NCBI GenBank assembly: GCA_040954595.2
Contig: CM082598.2
Coordinates: 8,695,097-8,759,096 of the forward strand
Direction of reading: 5' to 3'
Source of the DNA: Balanoglossus misakiensis
Taxonomy: Eukaryota > Animalia > Hemichordata
DNA: 64,000 bases
The position numbers were made by a program, and so were the translations under genes. Positions 15,001 through 26,964 of the stretch are shown piece after piece. Position 1 is the stretch's first letter, and each line of letters opens with the position of its first letter. The notes under the pieces are model-generated. The model searched no databases. It was not told the origin of the DNA and saw only the letters and a program-made list of their open reading frames with translations.

Positions 15001-17772
15001 TCTTTTCTCCCGAGAATGGCGGCAACAAACTCTCAGCCCTTATTTCACCCCTCCCGAGAATGGCGGCAATAAATTCTCTGCCATCATTTCTCCCCTCCCA
15101 AGAATGGCGGCAACAAACTCTCTGCCATCATTTCTCCCCTCCCAAGAATGGCGGCAACAAACTCTCAGCCCTTATTTCTCCCCACTCGAGAATGGCGGGA
15201 ACAAATTCTCTGCCATCATTTCTCCCCTCCCAAGAATGGCGGCAACAAACTCTCAGCCATCATTTCTCCCCTCCCAAGAATGGCGGCAACAAACTGTCAG
15301 CACTGATTTCTCCCCCCCCCCCCCAAGAATGGCGGCAATATATTCTCTGCCATCATTTCTCCCCTCCCAAGAATGGCGGCAACAAACTCTCTGCCATCAT
15401 TTCTCCCCTCCCGAGAATTGCGGCAATAAATTCTCTGCCATCATTTCTCCCCTCCCAAGAATGGCGGCAATAAATTCTCTGCCATCATTTCTCCCCTCCC
15501 TAGAATGGCGGCAGTATATTCTCTGCCATCATTTCTCCCCTCCCGAGAATTGCGGCAATAAATTCTCTGCCATCATTTCTCCCCTCCCAAGAATGGCGGC
15601 AACAAACTCTCCGCCATCATTTCTCCCCTCCCAAGAATGGCGGCAATAAACTCTCCGCCATCATTTCTCCCCTCCCAAGAATGGCGACAACAAACTCTCT
15701 GCCATCATTTCTGCCCTCCCGAGAATGGCTTTAACAAACTCTCTGCCATCATTTCTCCCCTCCCTAGAATGGCGGCAATAAATTCTCTGCCATCATTTCT
15801 CCCCTCCCAAGAATGGCGGCAATATATTCTCTGCCATCATTTCTCCCCTCCCAAGAATGGCGGCAATAAATTCTCTGCCATCGTTTCTCCCCTCCCAAGA
15901 ATGGCGCCAACAAACTCTCAGCCCTTATTTCTCCCCTCCCATGAATGGTTGCAACAAACTCTCTGCCATCATTTCTGCCCTCCCGAGAATGGCTTCAACA
16001 AACTCTCAGCCATTATTTCTTTTCTCCCGAGAATGGCGGCAACAAACTCTCAGCCCTTATTTCACCCCTCCCGAGAATGGCGGCAATAAATTCTCTGCCA
16101 TCATTTCTCCCCTCCCAAGAATGGCGGCAACAAACTCTCTGCCATCATTTCTCCCCTCCCAAGAATGGCGGCAACAAACTCTCAGCCCTTATTTCTCCCC
16201 ACTCGAGAATGGCGGGAACAAATTCTCTGCCATCATTTCTCCCCTTCCAAGAATGGCGGCAACAAACTCTCAGCCATCATTTCTCCCCTCCCAAGAATGG
16301 CGGCAACAAACTGTCAGCACTGATTTCTCCCCCCCCCAAGAATGGCGGCAATATATTCTCTGCCATCATTTCTCCCCTCCCAAGAATGGCGGCAACAAAC
16401 TCTCTGCCATCATTTCTCCCCTCCCGAGAATTGCGGCAATAAATTCTCTGCCATCATTTCTCCCCTCCCAAGAATGGCGGCAATAAATTCTCTGCCATCA
16501 TTTCTCCCCTCCCTAGAATGGCGGCAGTATATTCTCTGCCATCATTTCTCCCCTCCCGAGAATTGCGGCAATAAATTCTCTGCCATCATTTCTCCCCTCC
16601 CAAGAATGGCGGCAACAAACTCTCTGCCATCATTTCTCCCCTCCCTAGAATGGCGGCAATATATTCTCTCCCATCATTTCTCCCCTCCCAAGAATGGCGG
16701 CAATATATTCTCTGCCATCATTTCTCCCCTCCCAAGAATGGCGGCAATAAATTCTCTGCCATCGTTTCTCCCCTCCCAAGAATGGCGGCAACAAACTCTC
16801 CGCCATCATTTCTCCCCTCCCAAGAATGGCGGCAACAAACTCTCCGCCATCATTTCTCCCCTCCCAAGAATGGCGGCAACAAACTCTCTGCCATCATTTC
16901 TGCCCTCCCGAGAATGGCGGCAATACATTCTCTGCCATCATTTCTCCCCTCCCAAGAATGGCGGCAACAAACTCTAAGCCCTTATTTCTGCCCTCCCGAG
17001 AATGGCGGCAATAAATTCTCATCCATCGTTTCTCCCCTCCCGATAATGGCGGCAATAATTTCTCTGCCATGATTTCTCCCCTCCAAAGAATGGCGGCAAC
17101 AAACTCTCTGCCATCATTTCTGCCCTCCCGAGAATGGCTTCAACAAACTCTCAGCCGTTATTTCTCCTCTCCCGAGAATGGCGGCAATAAATTCTCTGCC
17201 ATCATTTCTCCCTTCCCCAGAATGGCGACAACAAACTCTCTGCCATCATTTCTCCCTTCCCGAGAATGGCGGCAACAAACTCTATGCCATGATTTCTCCC
17301 GTCCCAAGATTGGCGGCAATAAATTCTCTACCATCATTTCACCCCTCCCGAGAATGGCTTCAACAAACTCTCAGCCGTTTTTTCTACCCTCCCAAGAATG
17401 GCGGCAATACATTCTCTGCCATCATTTCTCCCCTCCCAAGAATGGCGGCAACAAACTCTCTGCCATCATTTCTCCCGTCCCAAGAATGGCTTTAACAAAC
17501 TCTCCGCCCTCATTTCTCCCCTCCCAAGAATGGCGGCAACAAACTCTAAGCCCTTATTTCTGCCCTCCCGAGAATGGCGGCAATAAATTCTCATCTATCG
17601 TTTCTCCCCTCCCGAGAATGGCGGGAACAAACTCTCTGCCATCATTTCTGCCCTCCCGAGAATGGCTTCAACAAACTCTCAGTCGTTATTTCTCCTCTCC
17701 CGAGAATGGCGGCAATAAATTCTCTGCCATCATTTCTCCCTTCCCCAGAATAGCGACAACAAACTCTCTGCC
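1..17772 (+). repeat. 44-bp satellite array, block A (CT-rich strand on +), about 400 monomers; continues off the left edge
   Basis: Uninterrupted tandem copies of aagaatggcggcaa(c/t)aaa(c/t)tctctgccatcatttctcccctccc with a 44-bp period. The ORF track shows the 44-aa repeat (3 monomers) in all three + frames. Confidence 0.98.
8535..13919 (+). repeat. Recent tandem duplication of a 2684-bp (61-monomer) higher-order unit
   Basis: Identical ORF translations recur at a fixed offset of 2684 = 61x44 (8724/11408, 8900/11584, 9340/12024, 10176/12860). I spotted only about two differences by eye. Confidence 0.9.
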
Positions 17773-20700
17773 GGAAGGGAGAAATGATGGCGGATAATAT
17801 ATTGCCGCCATTCTTGGGAGGGGAGAAATGATGGCAGAGAATATTTTGCCGCCATTCTAGGGAGGGGAGAAATTATGGCAGAGAATTTATTGCCGCCATT
17901 CTAGGGAGGGGAGAAATGATGGCAGAGAGTTTGTTGAAGCCATTCTCGGGAGGGGAGAAATGATGGCAGAGAATTTATTGCTGCCATTCTCGGGAGGGGA
18001 TAAATAACGGCTGAGAGTTTGTTGCCGCCATTCTTGTGAGGGGAGAAATAACGGCTGAGAATTTGTTGCCGCCATTCTCGGGAGGGGAGAAATGATGGCA
18101 GAGAATTTATTGCCGCCAATCTTTGGAGGGGAGAAATCATGGCAGAGAAATTATTGCCGCCATTATCGGGAGAGGAGAAATAACGGCTGAGAGTTAGTTG
18201 AAGCCATTCTCGGGAGTGCAGAAATGATGGCGAAGAGTTTGTTGCCGCCATTCTTGGGAGGGGAGAAACGATGGCGGAGAGTTTGTTGCCGCCATTCTTG
18301 GGAGGGGAGAAACGATGGCAGAGAATTTATTGCCGCCATTTTGGGAGGGTAGAAAAAACGGCTGAGAGTTTGTTGAAGCCATTCTCGGGAGGGGTGAAAT
18401 GTTGGTAGAGAATTTATTGCCGCCAATCTTGGGAGGGGAGAAATCATGGCATAGAGTTTGTTGCCGCCATTCTAGGGAGGGGAGAAATGATGGCAGAGAC
18501 TTTGTTGCCGCCATTCTTGTGGGGGGGGGGGGAGAAATCAGTGCTGACAGTTTGTTGCCGCCAATCTTGGGAGGGGAGAAATGATGGCAGAGAATGTATT
18601 GCCGCCATTCTCGGGAGGGGAGAAATGATGGTAGAGAATTTATTGCCGCCAATCTTGGGAGGGGAGAAATCATGGCATAGAGTTTGTTGCCGCCATTCTC
18701 GGGAAGGGAAAAATGATGGCAGAGAGTTTGTTGTCGCCATTTTGGGGAAGGGAGAAATGAGGGCAGAGAATTTATTGCCGCCATTCTCGGGAGAGGAGAA
18801 ATAACGGCTGAGAGTTTGTTGAAGCCATTCTTGGGAGGGGAGAAACGATGGCGGAGAGTTTGTTGCCGCCATTCTTGGGAGGGGAGAAACGATGGCAGAG
18901 AATTTATTGCCGCCATTTTGGGAGGGTAGAAAAAACGGCTGAGAGTTTGTTGAAGCCATTCTCGGGAGGGGTGAAATGATGGTAGAGAATTTATTGCCGC
19001 CAATCTTGGGAGGGGAGAAATCATGGCATAGAGTTTGTTGCCGCCATTCTAGGGAGGGGAGAAATGATGGCAGAGACTTTGTTGCCGCCATTCTTGGGGG
19101 GGGGGGGAGAAATCAGTGCTGACAGTTTGTTGCCGCCATTCTTGTGAGGGGAGAAATAACGGCTGAGAATTTGTTGCCGCCATTCTCGGGAGGGGAGAAA
19201 TGATGGCAGAGAATTTATTGCCGCCATTCTTTGGAGGGGAGAAATCATGGCAGAGAAATTATTGCCGCCATTATCGGGAGGGGAGAAATGATGGCTGAGA
19301 GTTTGTTCCCGCCATTCTCTGGAGGGGAGAAACGCTGGATGAGAATTTATTGCCGCCATTCTCGGGAGGGCAGAAATAAGGGCTTAGAGTTTGTTGCCGC
19401 CATTCTTGCAAGGGGAGAAATGATGGCGGAGAGTTTGTTGCCGCCATTCTTGGGAGGGGAGAAATGATGGCGGAGAGTTTGTTGCCGCCATTCTTGGGAG
19501 GGGAGAAACGATGGCAGAGAATTTATTGCCGCCATTCTTGGGAGGGGAGAAATGATGGCAGAGAATATATTGCCGCCATTCTTGGGAGGGGAAAAATGAT
19601 GGCAGAGAATATATTACCGCCATTCTAGGGAGGGGAGAAATGATGGCAGAGAATTTATTGCCGCCATTCTAGGGAGGGGAGAAATGATGGCAGAGAGTTT
19701 GTTGAAGTCATTCTCGGGAGGGCAGAAATGATGGCAGAGAGTTTGTTGCCGCCATTCTTGGGAGGGGAGAAATGATGGCGGAGAGTTTGTTGCCGCCATT
19801 CTTGGGAGGGGGAAATGATGGCGGATAGTTTGTTGCTGCCATTCTTGGGAGGGGAGAAACGATGGCAGAGAATTTATTGCCGGCATTCTTGGGAGGGGAG
19901 AAATGATGGCAGAGAATATATTGCCGCCATTCTTGGGAGGGGAGAAATGATGGCAGAGAATATATTGCCGCCATTCAAGGGAGGGGAGAAATGATGGCAG
20001 AGAATATACTGCCGCCATTCTAGGGAGGGGAGAAATGATGGCAGAGAATTTATTGCCGCAATTCTCGGGAGGGGAGAAATGATGGCAGAGAGTTTGTTGC
20101 CGCCATTCTTGGGAGGGGAGAAATGATGGCAGAGAATATATTGCCGCCATTCTTGGGGGGGGGGGAGAAATCAGTGCTGACAGTTTGTTGCCGCCATTCT
20201 CGGGAGGGAAGAAATAACGGCTGAGAGTTTGTTGAAGCCATTCTCGGGAGGGCAGAAATGATGGCAGAGAGTTTGTTGCAGCCATTCATGGGAGGGGAGA
20301 AATAAGGGCTGAGAGTTTGTTGGCGCCATTCTTGGGAGGGGAGAAACGATGGCAGAGAATTTATTGCCGCCATTCTCGGGAGGGGTGAAATAAGGGCTGA
20401 GAGTTTGTTGCCGCCATTCTCGGGAGGGAAGAAATAACGGCTGAGAGTTTGTTAAAGCCATTCTCGGGAGGGCAGAAATGATGGCAGAGAGTTTGTAGCA
20501 GCCATTCATGGGAGGGGAGAAATAAGGGCTGAGAGTTTGTTGGCGCCATTCTTGGGAGGGGAGAAACGATGGCAGAGAATTTATTGCCGCCATTCTTGGG
20601 AGGGGAGAAATGATGGCAGAGAATATATTGCCGCCATACTTGGGAGGGGAGAAATGATGGCAGAGAATATATTGCCGCCATTCTAGGGAGGCGAGAAATG

Positions 20701-23389
20701 ATGGCAGAGAGTTTGTTGAAGCCATTCTCGGTAGGGCAGAAATGATGGCAGAGAGTTTGTTGCCGCCATTCTTGGGAGGGGAGAAATGATGGCTGAGAGT
20801 TTGTTGCCGCCATTCTTGGGAGGGGAGAAATGATGGCAGAGAGTTTGTTGCCGCCATTCTTGGGAGGTGAGAAATGATGGCAGAGAATATATTGCCGCCA
20901 TTCTTGGGGGGGGGGGAGAAATCAGTGCTGACAGTTTGTTGCCGCCATTCTCGGGAGGGAAGAAATAACGGCTGAGAGTTTGTTGAAGCCATTCTCGGGA
21001 GGGCAGAAATGATGGCAGAGAGTTTGTTGCAGCCATTCATGGGAGGGGAGAAATAAGGGCTGAGAGTTTGTTGGCGCCATTCTTGGGAGGGGAGAAACGA
21101 TGGCAGAGAATTTATTGCCGCCATTCTCCGGAGGGGTGAAATAAGGGCTGAGAGTTTGTTGCCGCCATTCTCGGGAGGGAAGAAATAACGGCTGAGAGTT
21201 TGTTAAAGCCATTCTCGGGAGGGCAGAAATGATGGCAGAGAGTTTGTTGCAGCCATTCATGGGAGGGGAGAAATAAGGGCTGAGAGTTTGTTGGCGCCAT
21301 TCTTGGGAGGGGAGAAACGATGGCAGAGAATTTATTGTCGCCATTCTTGGGAGGGGAGAAATGATGGCAGAGAATATATTGCCGCCATACTTGGGAGGGG
21401 AGAAATGATGGCAGAGAATATATTGCCGCCATTCTAGGGAGGCGAGAAATGATGGCAGAGAGTTTGTTGAAGCCATTCTCGGTAGGGCAGAAATGATGGC
21501 AGAGAGTTTGTTGCCGCCATTCTTAGGAGGGGAGAAATGATGGCTGAGAGTTTGTTGCCGCCATTCTTGGGAGGGGAGAAATGATGGCAGAGAGTTTGTT
21601 GCCGCCATTCTTGGGAGGGGAGAAATGATGGCTGAGAGTTTGTTGAAGCCATTCTCGGTAGGGCAGAAATGATGGCAGAGACTTTAATGCCGCCATTCTT
21701 GGGAGGGGAGAAATGATGGCTGAGAGTTTGTTGCCGCCATTCTTGGGAGGGGAGAAATGATGGCAGAGAGTTTGTTGCCGCCATTCTTGGGAGGGGAGAA
21801 ATGATGGCAGAGAGTTTGTTGCCGCCATTCTTGGGAGGGGAGAAATGATGGCAGAGAGTTTGTTGAAGCCATTCTCGGTAGGGCAGAAATGATGGCTGAG
21901 AGTTTGTTGCCGCCATTCTTGGGAGGGGAGAAATGATGGCAGAGAGTTTTTACCGCCATTCTTGGGAGGGGAGAAATGATGGCAGAGAGTTTTTACCGCC
22001 ATTCTTGGGAGGGGAGAAATGATGGCTGAGAGTTTGTTGCCGCCATTCTTGGGAGGGGAGAAATGATGGCAGAGAGTTTTTACCGCCATTCTTGGGAGGG
22101 GAGAAATGATGGCAGAGAATGTATTGCCGCCATTCTTGGGAGGGTAGGAAAAACGGCCGAGAGTTTGTTGAAGCCATTCTCGGGAGGGGTGAAATGATGG
22201 TAGAGAATTTGTTGCCGCCATTCTTGGGAGGGGAGAAATGATGGCTGAGAGTTTGTTGAAGCCATTCTCGGTAGGGCAGAAATGATGGCAGAGACTTTAA
22301 TGCCGCCATTCTTGGGAGGGGAGAAATGATGGCTGAGAGTTTGTTGCCGCCATTCTTGGGAGGGGAGAAATGATGGCTGAGAGTTTGTTGAAGCCATTCT
22401 CGGTAGGGCAGAAATGATGGCAGAGACTTTAATGCCGCCATTCTTGGGAGGGGAGAAATGATGGCTGAGAGTTTGTTGCCGCCATTCTTGGGAGGGGAGA
22501 AATGATGGCAGAGAGTTTGTTGCCGCCATTCTTGGGAGGGGAGAAATGATGGCAGAGAGTTTGTTGCCGCCATTCTTGGGAGGGGAGAAATGATGGCAGA
22601 GAGTTTGTTGCCGCCATTCTCGGGAGGGGTGAAATGATGGCAGAGAGTTTTTACCGCCATTCTTGGGAGGGGAGAAATGATGGCTGAGAGTTTGTTGAAG
22701 CCATTCTCGGTAGGGCAGAAATGATGGCTGAGAGTTTGTTGCCGCCATTCTTGGGAGGGGAGAAATGATGGCAGAGAGTTTTTACCGCCATTCTTGGGAG
22801 GGGAGAAATGATGGCAGAGAGTTTTTACCGCCATTCTTGGGAGGGGAGAAATGATGGCTGAGAGTTTGTTGCCGCCATTCTTGGGAGGGGAGAAATGATG
22901 GCTGAGAGTTTGTTGCCGCCATTCTTGGGAGGGGAGAAATGATGGCAGAGAGTTTGTTGAAGCCATTCTCGGTAGGGCAGAAATGATGGCTGAGAGTTTG
23001 TTGCCGCCATTCTTGGGAGGGGAGAAATGATGGCAGAGAGTTTTTACCGCCATTCTTGGGAGGGGAGAAATGATGGCAGAGAGTTTTTACCGCCATTCTT
23101 GGGAGGGGAGAAATGATGGCTGAGAGTTTGTTGCCGCCATTCTTGGGAGGGGAGAAATGATGGCAGAGAGTTTTTACCGCCATTCTTGGGAGGGGAGAAA
23201 TGATGGCAGAGAATGTATTGCCGCCATTCTTGGGAGGGTAGGAAAAACGGCCGAGAGTTTGTTGAAGCCATTCTCGGGAGGGGTGAAATGATGGTAGAGA
23301 ATTTATTGCCGCCAATCTTGGGAGGGAAGAAATGATGGCAGAGAGTTTGTTGCCGCCATTCTTGGGAGGGGAGAAATGATGGCAGAGAA
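17773..23389 (-). repeat. 44-bp satellite array, block B (inverted orientation), about 128 monomers
   Basis: Reverse complement of the monomer (gggaggggagaaatgatggcagagagtttgttgccgccattctt) starts abruptly after ...ctctctgcc at 17772. Confidence 0.97.
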
Positions 23390-23429
23390 TATGGAAAGCC
23401 ATAACTGCCTTAAGTGAACTGAACTCATG

Positions 23430-24450
23430 TTCTCTTGTGCATTTCACATGTTTTCTTGTGCATTTAGCATGTTTTCTTGTGCATTTCATATATGGTCCTG
23501 TGCATTTACCATGTTTTCTTGTGCATTTTAATATGGTCCTGTGCATTTACGATGTTTTCGTGTGCATTTCATATATGGTCCTGTGCATTTAACATGTTGT
23601 CTTGTGCATTTCAAATATTTTCCTGTGCATTTAACATGTTGTCTTGTCCATTTTATATTGTCTTGTGCATTTAAGATGTTGTCTTGTCCATTTATATACG
23701 TTGTCTTGTGCATTCATATATGTTGTCTTGTGCATTTATATACGTTGTCTTGTGCATTTCTATATGTTGTCTTGTGCATTTATATACGTTGTCTTGTGCA
23801 TTTATATACGTTGTCTTGTGCATTTATATACGTTGTCTTGTGCATTTATATACGTTGTCTTGTGCATTTAAGATGTTGTCTTGTCCATTTATATATGTTG
23901 TCTTGTGCATTTATATACGTTGTCTTGTGCATTTATATACGTTGTCTTGTGCATTTATATACGTTGTCTTGTGCATTTCTATATGTTGTCTTGTCCATTT
24001 ATATACGTTGTCTTGTCCATTCATATACGTTGTCTTGTGCATTTATATACGTTGTCTTGTGCATTTCTATATGTTGTCTTGTGCATTTCTATATGTTGTC
24101 TTGTACATTTATATACGTTGTCTTGTGCATTTCTATATGTTGTCTTGTGCATTTATATACGTTGTCTTGTGCATTTAAGATGTTGTCTTGTCCATTTATA
24201 TACGTTGTCTTGTGCATTTATATACGTTGTCTTGTGCATTTATATACGTTGTCTTGTGCATTTATATACGTTGTCTTGTCCATTTATATACGTTGTCTTG
24301 TCCATTTATATACGTTGTCTTGTGCATTTATATACGTTGTCTTGTGCATTTCTATATGTTGTCTTGTGCATTTATATACGTTGTCTTGTGCATTTCTATA
24401 TGTTGTCTTGTGCATTTATATACGTTGTCTTGTGCATTTGACATGTTGTC
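23430..24450 (+). repeat. 20-22-bp minisatellite in the left arm (tgtcttgtgcatttatatacgt / tgtcttgtgcatttctatatgt), about 46 units
   Basis: Directly visible tandem repeat. Outer units are 20-21 bp and more diverged; inner units are 22 bp. Confidence 0.95.
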
Positions 24451-24523
24451 CTGTGGTTTTGTACATGTTGTGTGGTGCATTCAACTTCATTAGAAGAAGA
24501 TCAACTTCATTAGAAGAAGATCA

Positions 24524-24593
24524 AGCTGTTCCGCCAGGGGGAGGAGAACATGCCAATCCGGGTAATGAGCATATCCCCCCTGGCGGAACAGCT
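24524..24593. other. GC-rich stem-loop within the left arm (18-bp stem)
   Basis: agctgttccgccaggggg ... ccccctggcggaacagct; mirrored in the right arm at 26841-26906. Confidence 0.85.
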
Positions 24594-25326
24594 GTGTTTC
24601 CACAGCTACGGTAACTTCTGTTTCGTACTGGTTCTCAAATCACGCCACACCTATGGGGTGCCATTTGTTACCTTATTATTTAGCCATATTATTTATTCAA
24701 AGGTCGTTATTTAACATCCTTATATGTCTATAACTGTAGATTTGCAAACCAAAAGTCGACTCAATTATGTATATAAAATGTATTTTATGCACTTTTATCT
24801 ATATATAATAAATTATTTATAAACAGTTGTATAATGTTATAGGTCAACGTTATATATTTTATTATCGTGAATTAATAAACAAAGCTTGATGTTAATGTTC
24901 TTGTGATGCGTGACCCCAATGATCGGCCAACCTTTGACCTCAAAGCCAGAATGTGGGGCATTCGATCAGCTTTTCTCCTTTTCAATCAAACATTGAAATC
25001 ACAGGCTAAGATCACTGACTAGTTTGTACCTTTTTTGGTGTTTCATCTAACATGTGAAAGGTGCATACATGTAAGAAAAATAAAATGGCTGCACGTAATA
25101 TGCATTTCTTGTTCACGTGATGTGGGGACTTATTATGCGAGATGCGCAATGATGTGAACAGGCGTAAATAATGAAATGCTGCTAAATAATAAGGTAACAA
25201 ATTAAACGGTGCGAGTGTGTTTTTTCATGGTTTAGAAATCACTTATTTATAATTAATTTACTTAAATGGTTTGCAAATCTACAGTTATAAACATATAAGT
25301 ATGTTAAATAACGACTTTTGAATAAA

Positions 25327-26740
25327 ATATAGGTGCAAAGCAGCAATAGCGGGCCCAAGCCAAAAGAGCACATAGCAACATAGGGGTAATCAGTACAGGT
25401 GTGTACTTATTTTCGCCAAATATAAAGTTAGAAGGCTGTTAATTTATGTAGTAATTCGCATTTATGTCATATTAACATCAAAGGTCATGTGAGGTCACCC
25501 GAAATTTGGGCAAAAAGTTTGAACCCCATACTAGTCCAGGTCCAACAAAAACCAGACCTCTAGCCTTATTAGTTTTCCTAGAATTAGGTATGCGCATAAT
25601 TAATGAGGTACAGTGTAAGGCTCCATTAGGAGTTCATGCCCTCCAAATGCCAAGGCTGTATCTACTCTGGTTGCCGAGATATGGTAAAGTAGGTCAAAGG
25701 TCACCTGAGGTCACCCAAAATTTGGGCAAAATTTTTTGACCCTATACTGGTCCATGTTCAACAAAAGTCAAACCTCTAGCCCTATTGGTTAGCCTGGAAT
25801 TATGTGTGCACATAATTAATGAGATAAGCAGGTGTCACAGGTGACCCCCAATTTTGGCTTTTCAATTTTAGTCCCAACCCTCCAAACGCCAAGTCTGTAC
25901 CTGCTCTGGATGCCAAGATATAGGTAAGTAGGTCAAAGGTCACCTAAGGTCACCCAAAATTTGGGCAAAATTTTTTGACCCTATACTGGTCCATGTCCCA
26001 CAAGAACAAAACCTCTAGCCCTATTAGTTAGCCCGGTATTAGGTATGCACATAATTAATGAGTTAAGAAGGTGTTACAGGTGAGCCCAAAATTTTGCCTT
26101 TCATTTTGGTCCCATTGTGCTCATTGGCCAATAGACAGTCACTGTACAGGACCATTGCACAGACCAGAATTCCACATTAAGACATAGCTTAACTATAGAG
26201 GTATAAGTAAAGGTATAAGTAAAGGTATAAAGGTCGATTTTTCATATCATTTTTTTCGCTTAAAATGATTGACAAATGCTAGGCTAGCTGCACACCAAAG
26301 TTGGAGTTGATCGGCCCAACTGATTTTGAGATATGTATGCATATTTATCCAAAAGAATATGTGGTCATTGCTTAACTATGGAAAGTATTGGCCCATGGCT
26401 TGGGCGAAAAATATGAAAAATAATACTTAAAAATCTTCTTCTCAAAATTACTTGGCCTATAGCCTTGACATTTGGCATGTAGAAGCCTGGCCATATGGTC
26501 CACAAAGTGTCTTAACAGAATTTTGATATCTCCATTCATATGCAAATTAGGCCAATTTGAAAGGGTACTGCACCAGCTCTCATAGGCCTGCACCAGTGTG
26601 CCAAGTTTTGTAGATTCAGCCATTTTCAAGATCTAGCTGCCCGAAAAAGCTACACAAGAAAAAGAAGACAGTAGAAGAAAAAAACCAGCAAAAACATTAT
26701 ATTGTTTTCGCTGGTTTTTTCCTTCTGGCTTGGGCCTTAA
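25327..26740 (-). mobile_element. Non-autonomous Helentron-type element (HINE/DINE-1-like) nested in the right arm
   Basis: Perfect 11-bp subterminal inverted repeats ggcccaagcca (25352-25362) and tggcttgggcc (26726-26736). An 18-bp stem-loop (26679-26720) and a CTT-rich tract lie next to the 5' subTIR. A short hairpin (gctgc-ttt-gcacc on minus) and a T-rich end follow the 3' subTIR. There are internal tandem repeats. Excision restores the left-arm sequence tagccatatta|tttattc with no TSD. Confidence 0.75.
25479..26113. repeat. About 2.7 diverged tandem copies of a 216-239-bp unit inside the HINE-like element
   Basis: caaaggtca..gaggtcacccaaaatttgggcaaaa...acctctagcc...cataattaatgag recurs at 25479, 25695 and 25934. 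Confidence 0.88.
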
Positions 26741-26964
26741 TAATATGGCTAAATAATAAGGTAACAAACGGCACCCTATAGGTGTGGCGTGATTTGAGAA
26801 CCAGTACGAAACAGAAGTTACCGTAGCTGTGGAAACACATCTGTTCCGCCAGGGGGGATATGCTCATTACCCGGATTAGCATGTTCTCCTCCCCCTGGCG
26901 GAACAGCTTGATCTTCTTCTAATGAAGTTGAATGCACCACACAACATGTACAAAACCACAGGAC

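Larger units (their letters stand above)
23390..24751 (+). repeat. Left inverted arm (TIR) of the transposon, about 1.36 kb
   Basis: Unique tip, then minisatellite, then about 300 bp of unique sequence ending ...gatttgcaaacca. All of it is mirrored in 25267-25326 plus 26741-28689. Confidence 0.9.

Noticed and set aside
26199-26230. Short 12-bp tandem (aggtataagtaa, about 2.7 copies)
   Set aside because: Ordinary local slippage duplication with nothing to suggest function.
25351-26740. Nested insert as a Kolobok (TTAA) or Harbinger (TAA) TIR element
   Set aside because: TTAA/TAA follows only the right inverted repeat. The left repeat is 25 bp inside the true boundary, and the empty site is restored with no duplication.
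25012-26882. Small ORFs of 61-85 aa in the transposon interior
   Set aside because: Short, with no recognisable motifs, and lying in non-coding repeat-derived sequence.
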